This document shows, in pieces, positions 13,076-24,140 of a DNA stretch of 40,420 nucleotides. A program made the position numbers and the translations under genes. Source of the DNA: Raillietiella orientalis (taxonomy: Eukaryota); the NCBI GenBank assembly GCA_036172245.1, contig JAYWIR010000005.1, forward strand, positions 6,200,001 to 6,240,420, read 5' to 3'. The notes under the pieces are model-generated. The model was not told the DNA's origin. It saw only the letters and a list, made by a program, of their open reading frames with translations, and did no database searches. Every line of letters begins with the position of its first letter. The first letter of the stretch is position 1.

Positions 13076-13580
13076 CTAGGGGGAAGTTCACTGGTAGAGA
13101 GCCCAGCACAACAGTCGACGGCGTCAAATTCAGTAGCAATATGAGAAGAAAACTGACCTTTGGCTGAAAGCATACACGGAGAGAGCACACTTGGCAATCC
13201 CTCGTAGAAAAGCAGCCCAGTCAGGCGAGGGACACGCAGTATGTGGGTATGCACCACGCTCCAAGCATCTTCCTTACAAATGGAGAGTACCTGAGGTTCC
13301 AGGATTAGAACTTAATCCACGCGAATCGGCTGAATCTCCTTCCGACCGGGGCTGCAACTAGGTGGAAAGAAGCGAATTGCACATGTCGGTGCTGCCAGGT
13401 ACGGGACGAGACATTGCTTCCTGTCGTAAATCACTGCAAGAGGCGCCATCTCCTGCTCACTGCGCAACACGACACGATTCTAGGAATGATGAGGATGGCT
13501 ACGGTAGCTGGGCGAAGTGGACCCTGGTGTCAATACTCCTGAGAGCTTTAGGAGTAGACACCCCCTTGTGACCAGACCTA

Positions 13581-13688
13581 ATACTTACCTGGTTTCGAGG
13601 CGATCATGGTCGGCATGGAGATCCCTCCAGAGTGAGGCTCGATCATTGCACTGCGGTTGGGCCGATCTCTGTGATAACCCCAAACGTG
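13581..13688 (+). pseudogene. U1: 3'-truncated U1 snRNA copy (nt 1 to ~108)
   Basis: Starts ATACTTACCTGG; stem I GAGG-GATC/GATC-CCTC; stem II CAGAG..GGCTCGATC-ATTGCACTGC-GGTTGGGCC..CTCTG with the U1A loop; ends in the SL III loop CAAACGTG. No stem IV. Confidence 0.9.
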
Positions 13689-14479
13689 AAGATTAATCGC
13701 ATAATAATTCTGGACGTCTGCGGTCCGTTCGAGGGTGGAAGGAGGTGTTCAGCACAGCCAGGAGAAGCAAGGTGAGAAAACACGAAGAGGCCCTCCGTCT
13801 AAACAATGAAGGGAAGCAGTGCAGGGTGCGTGCTTAGGTCCACCAGGAGCCTGGGATGCAGAAAACCAAGAGCTGCTGTACGATCCTGGTATCCCCAGGA
13901 AACGCTCGGAGAGCATGAGGCACCGTAAGGTGACCCCGTGCATTCGATACTCTAGGGGCATCTATGCGACACACATCAAAGGTAGAATACCGAAGGAAAC
14001 CGAAATCTACTTGCAGCCCGGAAAAGCCAGTGAACTTGAATTGGAGAACGTGATGCTGAAAACAGCAGAATGAGGGTCAATAAGCACCGCAGATGGATAA
14101 CTCAAGAAGAACAAAGGTTCCATGTCCTTCTCTAAGTGCCCCCGCAGCTCCGCGCACAGTCCGCTCGTATGGACTCATTCGCGCGATCTAGCAAGGCTAC
14201 CACCTGCGCGCAATCGCACTCCGTGTAAGGAAGTAGCGTACTTTGTACGGGATGTGCCCGTCTGTCTTCGAAAGGTACGTCTGACGTTGCGAGCCGTGGG
14301 TCCGAGGATGCAGATGGGATTCCACGAAGGCGGGATGTGCGTGCTGCCCGGATTCAACTTCCACAGGATTTTGCAAGAGAAAAACGTTCAGCTGGACCGC
14401 ATAAGTGAACGCTATCCAACCTGCCGCTGATTTGTCGAAATTTCTTTGAAAGCAGTGTACCGAATGAAGGAAAAACAAC

Positions 14480-15241
14480 TCCTTGCATACTTCTAGCTAG
14501 AAGAGTCGACATGACCTTGTGTTGGAAGATTTTGCACTCTCTGATGTTGCATGGGATCGAAGGACAAACCTGTGCAAGAGGCGCAGCCACCATACTTTTA
14601 GGGGTTAGGTAGCGCTGGCTCAAAGTGTAGTGCTGTCTCAATTTGCCTGTGGCAATCTGCGGATAGCCGGCGGCTGAAGACAACGTGCTACTGTGCGTGC
14701 TGATTAGAAGCAGCTCGTGGGGAAAAGCACATTTAGTTAGAAGGTAAGGAAAGATTTCCGTTTCATCGCAAGCTGCACAACGGGCATCCACACTCCCAAG
14801 CGTCTATTCAAAAAACGCGTTCTCGGCGTAGAATTCCTCAACGGCAGAAAGGCAGCTCAGCCCTCTGCCACTCCTAGGTGACGGTGTCTCTCTTTGTCCC
14901 AACACGCTGAGGGACACTTCGTCTCCTCCGGTAGTTGAATTTTCTTCAGCTTCTCCTGCACTACATTCTTCGGCATTCGAAGCCTGATTCCCATGAGGTG
15001 GACCGGTACGGGGTGGTCCTCCGTCAGGGCGAAGCTCTAGCGCCAATCCATCGAAATTATGGTATTCGGCCTAAGCTGGGCCAGAATTGCATCCTTGCAA
15101 GTGAGCTCAGTGCATCGTCCTTCCCACAGGATAGAGGGACCTTCCAGGTGTTGCTCGTTAACGTTCATCTTCTTCAGCTCTCTCCCTAAGAAGCGCGCAG
15201 TGTTACTTACGAGAAGACCACCTACCTTGTAAATCAAGGAA
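14480..15241 (-). mobile_element. Old L1/Tx1-type remnant: ORF1 piece (15241-14930) joined to the ORF2 zinc finger
   Basis: SLIYKVGG...ELTCKDAILAQ...VPVHLMGI (ORF1 homolog); VDARCAACDETEIFPYLLTKC (zinc finger). Boundaries approximate. Confidence 0.7.
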
Positions 15242-15390
15242 GCTCTACGCCCGTCTCTTTTCCAGAAATGCGGCCATTCATCGACTGGATGAATACAAAG
15301 CCAGGGCTGAGACGCAGGCTTGACAATCCGAGTCTTTTAGTTTGCTGGACACCGAGGACCAAGGGCACTCGTCCACACTGGCATGCTCCG
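15242..15390 (+). mobile_element. L1/Tx1-type ORF2 fragment (APE-RT linker)
   Basis: LYARLFSRNAAIHRLDEYKARAETQA*QSES aligns to LYARRYARTPNVRRLAEYRAGAERQVWQSG of the 35-37 kb ORF2. Confidence 0.8.
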
Positions 15391-15539
15391 CGAAAGACGG
15401 CGACGCAATATTCAGGGTAGGTGCCCGGCAGATGAAAAAGCGCAGGCGATCGTATCCCAGTGCGAAAGCCACCCTGAATCCAGGTGCTGCGTAGGCGAAA
15501 GCCTTCGAGGACAGGAAAAACCTCACAGGAGCTAGACTC

Positions 15540-16010
15540 CCGAGGAATAGTCTATAGTTTCAACGGAGAAGGAATGCCGGCGTCCATGGGCAGCAACGCG
15601 ATGGCCATGTCGCAAATCGAAACCAGTAGCACTTGACTCCATTCTCCTTGCCTTTGAACTTCTCCCTCTTGGAGGAGGTCCACCAATGCTCTCACAAGGT
15701 GGTGAGAGACAACGAAAGGAAGCAAACTGTGCTGGAGGACAGACTCCTTACTCTCAAGGGGAGTAACCGTTATGCTGTAACACAGGTAGTCGAGAGAGCG
15801 GGGAAGTACGAGTTGAGGAATCACTTGGGTGGGATCGGAAGGGTCATCCTCAAATGGTCTTGCTATACAGAGCTTGCGATGACGGACCTGTATGTGCAAA
15901 CATACAACATGTCCTCGCGAGTCTTTCTTTCGACGCTGAAGAAAGCTGAGCAAAACCTTCGTGGACCACGGACGACTCAACTTGTAGCGAAAGATTTCAA
16001 CTCTTCCGGT
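15540..16010 (+). mobile_element. Decayed APE endonuclease remnant
   Basis: LLEEVH, IGRVILKWS, TDLYV and QLVAKDFN correspond to LLQEIH, IGQLILRWS, TNVYAP and LIAGDFN. Confidence 0.75.
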
Positions 16011-16399
16011 GATTCCACAAGCAGCGAAGTGATGGACCCTGGTCGTCATCATCCTCTCCGAAATGCTGTCTGCCCTGAGCGAAAGAGACGACGAGTAGCC
16101 TACCGGCGAGGTGGGAGCTTTCCAGCTACTTCCCAATGGGAGTTTGCTTTTTTCACGGGAAAAAGCAACCTCCTTGGCACCTGAACGACAGTCGGGTTGC
16201 AGAATGCTGGTACTCCACGAGCACTAGCGAGAGGACTCCTACGGTGATGTGAACTATAGGGTGTTGCTCCCGAAGTACCAGTGGTCTCACTAAACTGCAT
16301 GAATGATTCAGTGTTACTGCTCATGAGAAATGCTGACGTGCTGCTTTTCATCTGAGCGGTAACACTAAACGATTCTTCCATCTCTTAATCGTTCTCAGA

Positions 16400-17250
16400 G
16401 CGACCCCTGCCTCGTAACGAAGATCCACCCAATTCGTTGCCCATGCGACAGGACGGAATTTCCAACATACTCGCAGAACAGTCTTTTATTACGAGCATGC
16501 ATCAGCTGCCATTTGAGGGATCGAGCGTCAAATCTCGTTTCCGTGGTTTCTGCTAGCAAGGAAATCTTCCCGTGTTCGGATGCCCAGCCCAGTGTTCTTC
16601 TGTTCTCCTGTGCAGTACCGAGCAGTTTACCGCAAGAAGAAGAGAGCATTGCGCGGGCAAAGGCTCATGTTGTGCCCTCAACGCTTCGCGCGCAAGCGAA
16701 TCGGATGGCCACAAGCACTCGAGGAAATCGCGTGACTCCTCAACGAACGTGCCTCGAGCTAGATGCAGAATGTATGGCTCGAGCGCATCGCCGTTTGACG
16801 TCTCGCAGGAGAGAGGACGTTGGCCAGCGGGAGAGGTCCACCCGCCAAGAGTGTTCTTCCTGGTGGAATGCTGCCCGAACTGTGAGCAGGCAAGAGTGGA
16901 CGCCCAGTGGAAGTGGCAGGACGTTACCAGCCAAAAGGCACTCAACCGGAGGGTGTTGCAGGGTCAAGTACATCCTGACGACCGCCAGCAGCTGCCGGGG
17001 AGGGTCGAGCTGTCGCAACTTCCGCCGCCGTCGGAGGATGCTCAACGCGCAGAAGACATCGGCCTTGGTTGAGTTCGAAGCCGCCGCCTGACGGCGGCCG
17101 TCAGCAGTTTCGACTTGCTTGTCAGCGCGGAATCAAGCTCGCCAGCTGACTCTCAGCATGAGGAGAGCGCCCCAAGATCTGGGAAGACGAAAGCCCGGAG
17201 CAGAAGAATCGTGCGGTTCTTCCGCAGGCCGATGGGATGCATTCCGTCAG
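16400..17250 (-). mobile_element. Heavily decayed RT of a different LINE clade (I/R1/Jockey-like)
   Basis: Ordered weak motifs PIGLRKNRT (Q-GFR), KLRQLDPPRQLLAVVRMYL, TVRA/IPPG (GVPQG), LGWASEHG..ETT; frameshifted. Confidence 0.45.
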
Positions 17251-17289
17251 TTACGGACAGCTCTGGCCGTATAAATTCCCTGCTGATTG

Positions 17290-19168
17290 GTTTACTTGGA
17301 TTGCATCCCCGGCTGTTGCTACAGGTTTGACTGGTTGGCTTGGGTGCTGAGGACGTACAGGCTGACTCTGGCCAACCTGCCGAGCTCCTGCCCGGGAACA
17401 CCGGAAGAGGCCGCCTACATACTTCTGTTGCTGCCCATGTTCACCCAGGCGTCCAGGCTCGAGGACTTCCTCGAGCTCATTCGTCGGAGGGCGGGCCTGT
17501 GCGTCAACAGGACGAAATCAACCGTTGTACCGGTTGGCTCTACGTGGGAGGGGCAGTCCGACTGGATCCGCCTGGGGATCCCCACGGGCAGGTGCTTTAA
17601 GTACCTTGGCGTTCCCTTGGGCGCCTTCTGTCCATCAGAAGCGTGGTCGGACTGCCTTCACAAGGCCGAGACTGCTCTGGGCCCGTTCCAAGGCGGCAGG
17701 TTCCTCCTGTCGGAACGGGCCTTCCTGTGGAACATTTTCGTTGCCCCTCTCCTCCGTCATCTCTTTTTTGTTGGTCCCGCTGCCTGCTCGGCTAAGCGTC
17801 GGGCGCAACGCCTGTTGCGAAACGCCTTGTGGGGACCGGCGAGGTCTAGGATACGCCTCAAGGACTTGGCGGCTCCTCGGCGGGATGCAGGATTGGGCAT
17901 CCTGACTCTGGAGCGGATCGGACTGCTAGTGCAGTTCCGCACTTTGCGCCCAGCTATGGACTACTCCCTGGTGTGCTCCAGCGCGGCTGCTGCTGCGGCG
18001 CTGCACGGGTGGCGACGGACTGCGTTCGTTGCACCTGCTCACGGGGTGCGCCCAGAGAGGATTCGGCTTCCCACTAAAGCAGCTCTCCTCGCTTCTGGGA
18101 AAGCATGCGTGGATCTCCTGCCGGCCGACGAACTTCAACGCCTGGAGGCAGGAAGCCTTATCGTCCTGGGCAGCGCAACAGGATGTGTCCCGTTTGGAAC
18201 TCCGTTGCGTGAACCTTTCCCCATACTGTCCAGTGGAAGAGGTGCTTGAAGACCAGGACCGGTGGACACGCCTAGCCGCTACGCCCCTCGCCGAAGCACT
18301 GTGTGCACTGATGGTGCGAGATGACAGTGACCTGCCGGCGAGGTGGGAGGTCGCTTGCGAAATCGCAGGCGAAACCCGACTGCTGGGCGGCTGGAGGACT
18401 TGCGAGCTGGCAGACGCTGCCACGCCTCGCTTTCGTGCCAAGGGACTTTTCCGGTGGAGCGAGCTCCTCGGGGTGCCCACCGAAGAACTTGTGGTCCCTT
18501 ATGCGTGCTTGGACGCGACTGTGTTCCCCCTTCGGTAAAAACAGGACGCTTTTCTGCTGATGCATTGGGGTTTGTACTGCAACCAGCGCGCGCACCTGGT
18601 TTCCGGGGGAGCTGCGTCCCCGAACTGCGGAGCGGTGGAATCGCTTCCGCATTTGCTATTTGAATGCGGTGCCCTCCAGGAGCTGTGGCGGCGGCTGTCT
18701 TCAGCGCTCCTGCATCCCGGACACACCGCAAAGGACTGGATGGGCCGCTTCTTCACGCGTGACGGTCTTTCTCTTGGAGCGGTCGTCGCAATCGTCTGCT
18801 GCGTCCGCGCCATTGTCAGGGCCCGCCAAGTACTACAGATGCGAACGATCCCAACATCGGTCCCCGACACTGCAGCCTGCAACCTGGAAATGGCTGCCGG
18901 GTGGCCACATCTTGGAGCGGAAGTGAGGACGGAGATCGGCGGCATTCACCGCCGGTTCTGAGAATAGGAACGCTTAAACTGCATACCCCTGTCCCCGCCC
19001 TCCTTCCCAGTTTATTTATTTATTTTCTCCTCCCCCCCCGTTCCGAACTCTCAGTGTGCCCTGCCTGCGTGCCGGGAACCCTCCTCCCCATCTTCTGTTC
19101 CCCTTACCTGGGAACACAGTTCCCAGAAGACATTATTAATAAACGTCCCGGCGCAACCGGGTAATAAA
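17290..19168 (+). mobile_element. L1/Tx1-type element C: 3' half of ORF2 + 3'UTR
   Basis: VNRTKS, FKYLGVPL, APRRDAGLG, CGAVESLPHLLFEC; terminus AATAAACGTCCCGGCGCAACCGGGTAATAAA. Confidence 0.92.
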
Positions 19169-20299
19169 CGACGACGCTGCACTCTTTAATTATCGCGCTA
19201 CCCTGCTCTTTCTTCTTCTGTTGGTTGGCGATATTTTTCTCCAACCTTCTCTCCTTTGATTTTTTGGCCGTTGCCACCTGCCACCCAGGCTCCTGGGCAA
19301 ATCCCTCGACTTTTTCGGCGTTGTTCGCCGGGGTCTCGGGTGCGGCCTGGGCCTTGGGCGCGGGTGGCACTGCCTTCGCGGCAGCTTTCGCCGCCAGCCT
19401 TTTCTGCAGCAGCCGGGCGCGTTTTTTAAGGTTTCTCTTGGAAACCACCCGCACTGCTGCTTTTGGGCACACCTCCCTCGTGTGACCCATTGTGCCGCAT
19501 ACTTGGCACTGCACGTTAAGAGACCTCTTCTTGAGGTGGCCCGACGTATTGCAGAAGCCGCAGTATTTCGGCTTATCCACATACCATAGGTCGACGGTTT
19601 CGCCACCGACCACCAGTTTGTGAGGAAGAGTGCAGCCCTCTCGAACGGTGACGCGTGCAGCCGTGAGGCCATGTTGCAGCCCCGTGTAGTCCTCAAAAGG
19701 ACTAACTTTCGACCACTGCGCGTGGACCGTTCCATATTCCTCCAGCGCGGCGCGAAACTGTTCCTTCCGCATCCGCGCGGTCACGCCTTACAGGTGGACC
19801 ACGAAGCTGCGGTCCACCGTAATGGGGAGGAGCCTGCGTGTCCCCATCACCACGGGGGTTTTTAGCAGTCGTTGGGCCAGCTCTTCTTGTTTACAGATGA
19901 CCTCATCGTACTGACCCCCGCTGCGGATGGTCATAGCGCTGAGCTCCTCCTCTTTAACATCGAGAGCGTCCATCCCCTTCGAAAAGGCGCGCGCACTCTC
20001 TGGAGAATATAAATTGCCTACCCTATAGAGTGATGAAAGGTTGTACCCCTCCTCCGTCTGCCGCGGCTGCAGGCGATGGCGCCGACACAACGGCGCACCA
20101 CTCACGCGCTGCAGCGGGGACCGATTCTGTGGGGGCGGATGCCCTCACCTCCATCGCCTCTGGGGGCGGCGTTGCCGCTGCCCTTTGGCCTTTCCTGGTG
20201 GTCGCGTCATGCATCTCTGCCTGATCTACCACCGAACCACAGGAAGGAGGGGGACTTCCTGGCACAAGGAGCACCGAGAAAACACGTCCGTCCTCGAGC
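19169..20299 (-). mobile_element. L1/Tx1-type element D: 5' end and frameshifted ORF1 with CCHC knuckles
   Basis: 5' motif CGGACGTGTTTT (20290 leftwards); LPHKLVVGGETVDLWYVDKPKYCGFCNTSGH..CQVCGTMGHTREVC; cut by the 3' end of C. Confidence 0.92.
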
Positions 20300-22407
20300 G
20301 CATAAAGCGTTCGACAGCGTCTACCAGAATCTGCTGCTGGAGCTTCTGAAACGCTTGGGCTTTCCGGTTTCATTGTAGGCCTATCTGCGCTCCAGCTGGC
20401 GCGACGCGCTGATCAATCTTTCTTTCAGCGGGCAGACCGTGCACGGCGTGCCGGTGCGGCGTGGGATACGGCAGGGAGACAGCCTGAGTCCCTTGCTCTT
20501 CAGTACCTACTTTGAGTTAGTACTGAGAGCGTACAGGGAAACTCTGGCGCACCTGCCGCACGACTGCGCCGGTACGCCTGCGGTTTCAGCGTACGCGGAC
20601 GACCTTCTGCTGCTGCTCCCTATGTTTACCCCGGCTTCGGCGGTAGAGGAGTTCTTCGACCTCCAGAATCGAGGAACCGGACTTACGGTGAACAGGGCGA
20701 AGTCGTCCGTAATGCCAGTTGGTGCGGCGTGGGCAGGCAGCAGGACTGGGTCCGTTTGGGGATCCCCACGGTGAGGTACTTCAAGTACCTTGGTGTGCCA
20801 TTGGGGAACTACTCCCCTGCGGAAGCGTGGTCCGGCTGCCTCCAGAAAGTAGAGATGGCGATCGGCCCGTTCCGAGGCGGTAGGTTTCTCCTGCCTTAAC
20901 AGGCCGCGGTTTGGTACACGTTCGCGGATCCTCTCCTCCGCTCCCTGCTTTTTGTTTGTCCCCCCACAGAGAGGATAAAAAAGCGGACGAAGGACCTCCT
21001 CCGTATCGCGCTTTGGGGCAACGGGAGGGCCCGAGTCCGCTTAAAGGACTTGTGCGCTCCGCGTCGGGACGGTGGTCTCGGTCTCCTGACATTGGAGCGG
21101 CTGGAGCTTCAGCTCCAGTTCCGAATGTTGACACTTGTTCCGGAGTTGTGGTGCACCTGTTGGTGCGTCCCTGCACGTCTCTTTCTCCAGCAAGCCACCG
21201 GCAAGACGGGACTCACGTCCTTTCTAGCACTCCGTCGCCGCGTTAACCGATGCGGATTCCAGCTACGGAGGGTGGCTGCGCTGAAAAGGAAAAATCAAGG
21301 ATGGATCACCTGTCGCCCCGCGAACGGTAGTGCCTGGTTGCAGGAAACCGTTCTCACGTGGGGAGAGTTTGGCATGCTACGCTTCCAACAGGAACGACGG
21401 TTCCTTTTTGGGGGTTACAGAAGTTGCACGCTTCTTGAGATCCTGGAGGATCCAAAGAAGAGAGCGTGGGCAGGAAGAACCCCCCTCGCTGCTGCGCTGG
21501 ACTCCCTCATGGAAGATCAGGACAGCGATGGTGCGGCGAAGTGGAAGGTTAACATGTTAATCTCCGGGAAGGAGAAGAAGATAGGAGAGTGAAAGACGGG
21601 TCAGCTGACTGACGCTGCCACCCCGAGTGCGCCTCCACATGGACTTCTGCGCTGGAACGCGCTGCTCGACGTTCCCATTGAACGTCTGAAGTGGCCCCCG
21701 GTACTAATGAACACCTCCGCCCTCCCCTTAAAATGACAGGAGTCGGCTCTCCTGTTGCAGCACTGGGGACTCCCCTGCAACGCCCGCCGACACCACTGGT
21801 CCTGGGGAGCGGTGGATCCCAATTGTGTTAGGTGTGGGGAACGGGAATCCCTCCCCCACCTGCTTGTGGATTGTGTTGCCCTTCGTCCCTTTGGTTCCGC
21901 TTTGCCGCGGCCATCGGAATCCCCTGCGGCAACCTCAGGGACGCTCTGAAAGCCCTCTTCGTTGCCGACGCCCTTCGGCCAGCGGCCTCGTTAGCAGCTC
22001 TGTGCTGCCTACGCGGGATCGTCGCCGCCCGGAGCAAGGCTACGGGAGGACCACACGACCAGGGTGCCATCCAGCCAGCCTCCTAATTCTTGAGGAGAGC
22101 ATCGCGATGGCCCCACCTGGATCCAAGCATCAGCAAGGGCTTGCCGACATCCTAAAAAGGATGCAAAGGCCCCAGCAGCAACTGTGATCCCTTCCCGTAC
22201 CCTCCCAGTTTTTCTTTTCTTTTTGTTTTGTTTTGTTTTTTTTTCCTTCTTCCCCCAGCTGCCGTGGTGGACCGTACCGGTCTGCGAACCAGTGACCCGG
22301 CAGGCTCTGTGTTTCTTCGTGCGTGGCTGGAGCAATGGTCCAGCCACTGCACGTCTTTTTTAAAGTTTATTGTTTCAGTAAACGCCCCGGCGAAATCCGG
22401 GTGAAAA
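20300..22407 (+). mobile_element. L1/Tx1-type element B ('GAAAT-loop' subfamily): RT from HKAFDSV to the 3' end
   Basis: HKAFDSV, RGIRQGDSLSPLLF, AYADD, KYLGVP, CVRCGERESLPHLLVDC; end AGTAAACGCCCCGGCGAAATCCGGGTGAAAA. Confidence 0.95.
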
Positions 22408-24140
22408 TCGAACGCCTTGCGGAGATCGACCGCGACCGCCAAGGCACCCGGCGCTTCCTCATTCCGATTGCAGCGACGCTTAGCCTCGGCAGCCGCAGAT
22501 GCGGTTACCTGGCTGTCGTGCGCCACGCACCGCTGCAGCTCGAGCCACGTGCGCGCGAAGAACAGGTTCGCCTCCATGGACCGACCGGTAACAGCGTAGG
22601 ACTGCTCCGGACTTACCACGGATCCAGCGATCTTCTCGATCTCCTGGACTTTCTTCTTGGACTGCGGTCTTCACGTGGATCTTCTGCAGAAGCGACACGT
22701 GGAAATCACGCAGAGTGTCGGGCGTATCTCGCCTGTTGTAGTCGTCGCACAGCCCGTTGAAGAACCAGCAGGTTTTGCGGATCATACGGCGACAGGCGAG
22801 CCCAGTTGCTAATTTTGGGAAAGTGGCAATGAACCTCCCTCCACCTGTTCAGGCGGGACCCTAGGATGAGGAAGTGAGTCGCGCACCGCTTGTCCTTCTT
22901 CCATGGGTCCCGAATCTTCGGCAGGGATTTGCAGAGGAAGAAGAGATTCACCCACCTGCTCTTGCTCCTCCATGGGGTTCACCATCTGCACGGTGTCGGG
23001 GAATGAGTGATTCTCATCCTTTTCTACCACGCTGCCGGCTTCCTCCTCGGATGTTGGTTCATCCCTCTCCTTGTTGGTCTGGATGTGCCTCCAGGGATTC
23101 TGGAACTTGGGTCCCGTCTCCTTGGGTGTGCTCTCCGCGGAGGACGCACTTCACGCATGCGGATCTGCCTCACCTGTTTCCAGAGCCTTCCACGCGGCCT
23201 GCCTTCCTAAGGATTTTCGGGAGTTCTTCTCACGGCCTCGCATCTCAGCCGTGAGTTCTCCCACCGTTTCCTGGAATGCGGCTTCCTCGATCGCGTCGAG
23301 GGCGTCGCGCGGTTTCCCCTCTGTTTCCCCAGAGGGTTCGGCATCGTGCGTCGCGGCTTTGGCTAACGTGAGGTGGAAGAAAGCTCTCCCGGTGGCGTCA
23401 TCGACTGCCTCCACACTCTCCAAAGTCACCGAAGACGCGCCGAGTTTTACGCGGCACGGTTTTTCGCGTGGCGTTTTTTTCTACGCGTTCCGTTTGGGAC
23501 TCACCGGTCTTCTTGGCAGCTGTATCGTCTGCCAGCCTACACAATTACCAGCGTCGTCAAGTGTTTTCTCAACTGACGTTTACTAGAACGGTTTATGGAC
23601 TGGCTTCTTTGCTCAAACAGGCAAAGGCTGTAGCCTTTGCCTGTTTGAAGGCATTCTCTACTCCCGCCGATTTCCCCTTTGCCTTTTTGGCATCAGGTAA
23701 GATAGGGATGTCTCTCCTCGGGCACACTTAACCAATGCGGCCCTTATTTCCGCATAAGTGGCATTCGATGTTGGGGCACCGGATTTCGAAGTGCCATGTT
23801 GTATCGCAATGGCCAAAGTACTTATGCGTTCCAACGTAACAAACATCGACTTCTTCGCCGATGTTTAGTTTGTGGGGAAGCCACCATTCTCTGGTAATGT
23901 GACACGGGCAGCGGCCAACCCACTAAATAGCCTTTCGTACGTCCGGAAGACATCAACTTTGGCCCAATACGCGTGCACTTTACCTTGTTTTGCCAAATCC
24001 TCATGGACTCCAGTTTTCCTTATTCCGAGTGTCACGCCTGTGAGGTAGACTACGGCGAAGCGGTCCTCCGTCACAGGGAAGATCCTACGGTCTTCCACCG
24101 TATTGGGGTGTTCAGCAGGCGCTGGGCAATTCGACAATTT
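22408..24140 (-). mobile_element. L1/Tx1-type element G: ORF1, APE start, internal deletion, RT up to KAFD
   Basis: IFPVTEDRFAVVYLTGV (ORF1); CWFFNGL..LLQKIH (APE); VSPEQSYAVTGRS..VDLRKAFD (RT). Confidence 0.9.

Larger units (their letters stand above)
12305..14073 (+). mobile_element. Utopia/NeSL-like RLE non-LTR retrotransposon, C-terminal part, decayed and twice interrupted
   Basis: Ordered motifs ATSEYLYGERRKGYLGL...LQLLGSPD; SKDRKASRR; YLRFQD*NLIHANRLNLLP; CRCCQVRDETLLPVVNHC...QHD; L*PDLILT/NVKINRIIILDVCGPFE; GAWDAEN...IRYSRGIYATHI. These match the RT-thumb, CCHC and PD-(D/E)xK pattern of Utopia/NeSL proteins. Confidence 0.85.

Noticed and set aside
13689..13745. Apparent Sm site (AATTCTGG) and stem IV making a full-length U1 gene or a SINEU-like head
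   Set aside because: The sequence reads as the RLE motif IILDVCGPFE in frame with the upstream PDL; the SL III 3' strand and stem IV do not pair properly.
22408..22615. Antisense RT piece as a fixed part of the element's 3' end (similar ~200 bp length at 32176-32372)
   Set aside because: The linkers of the two pieces are unalignable, and at 30789 the target continues through a whole element.
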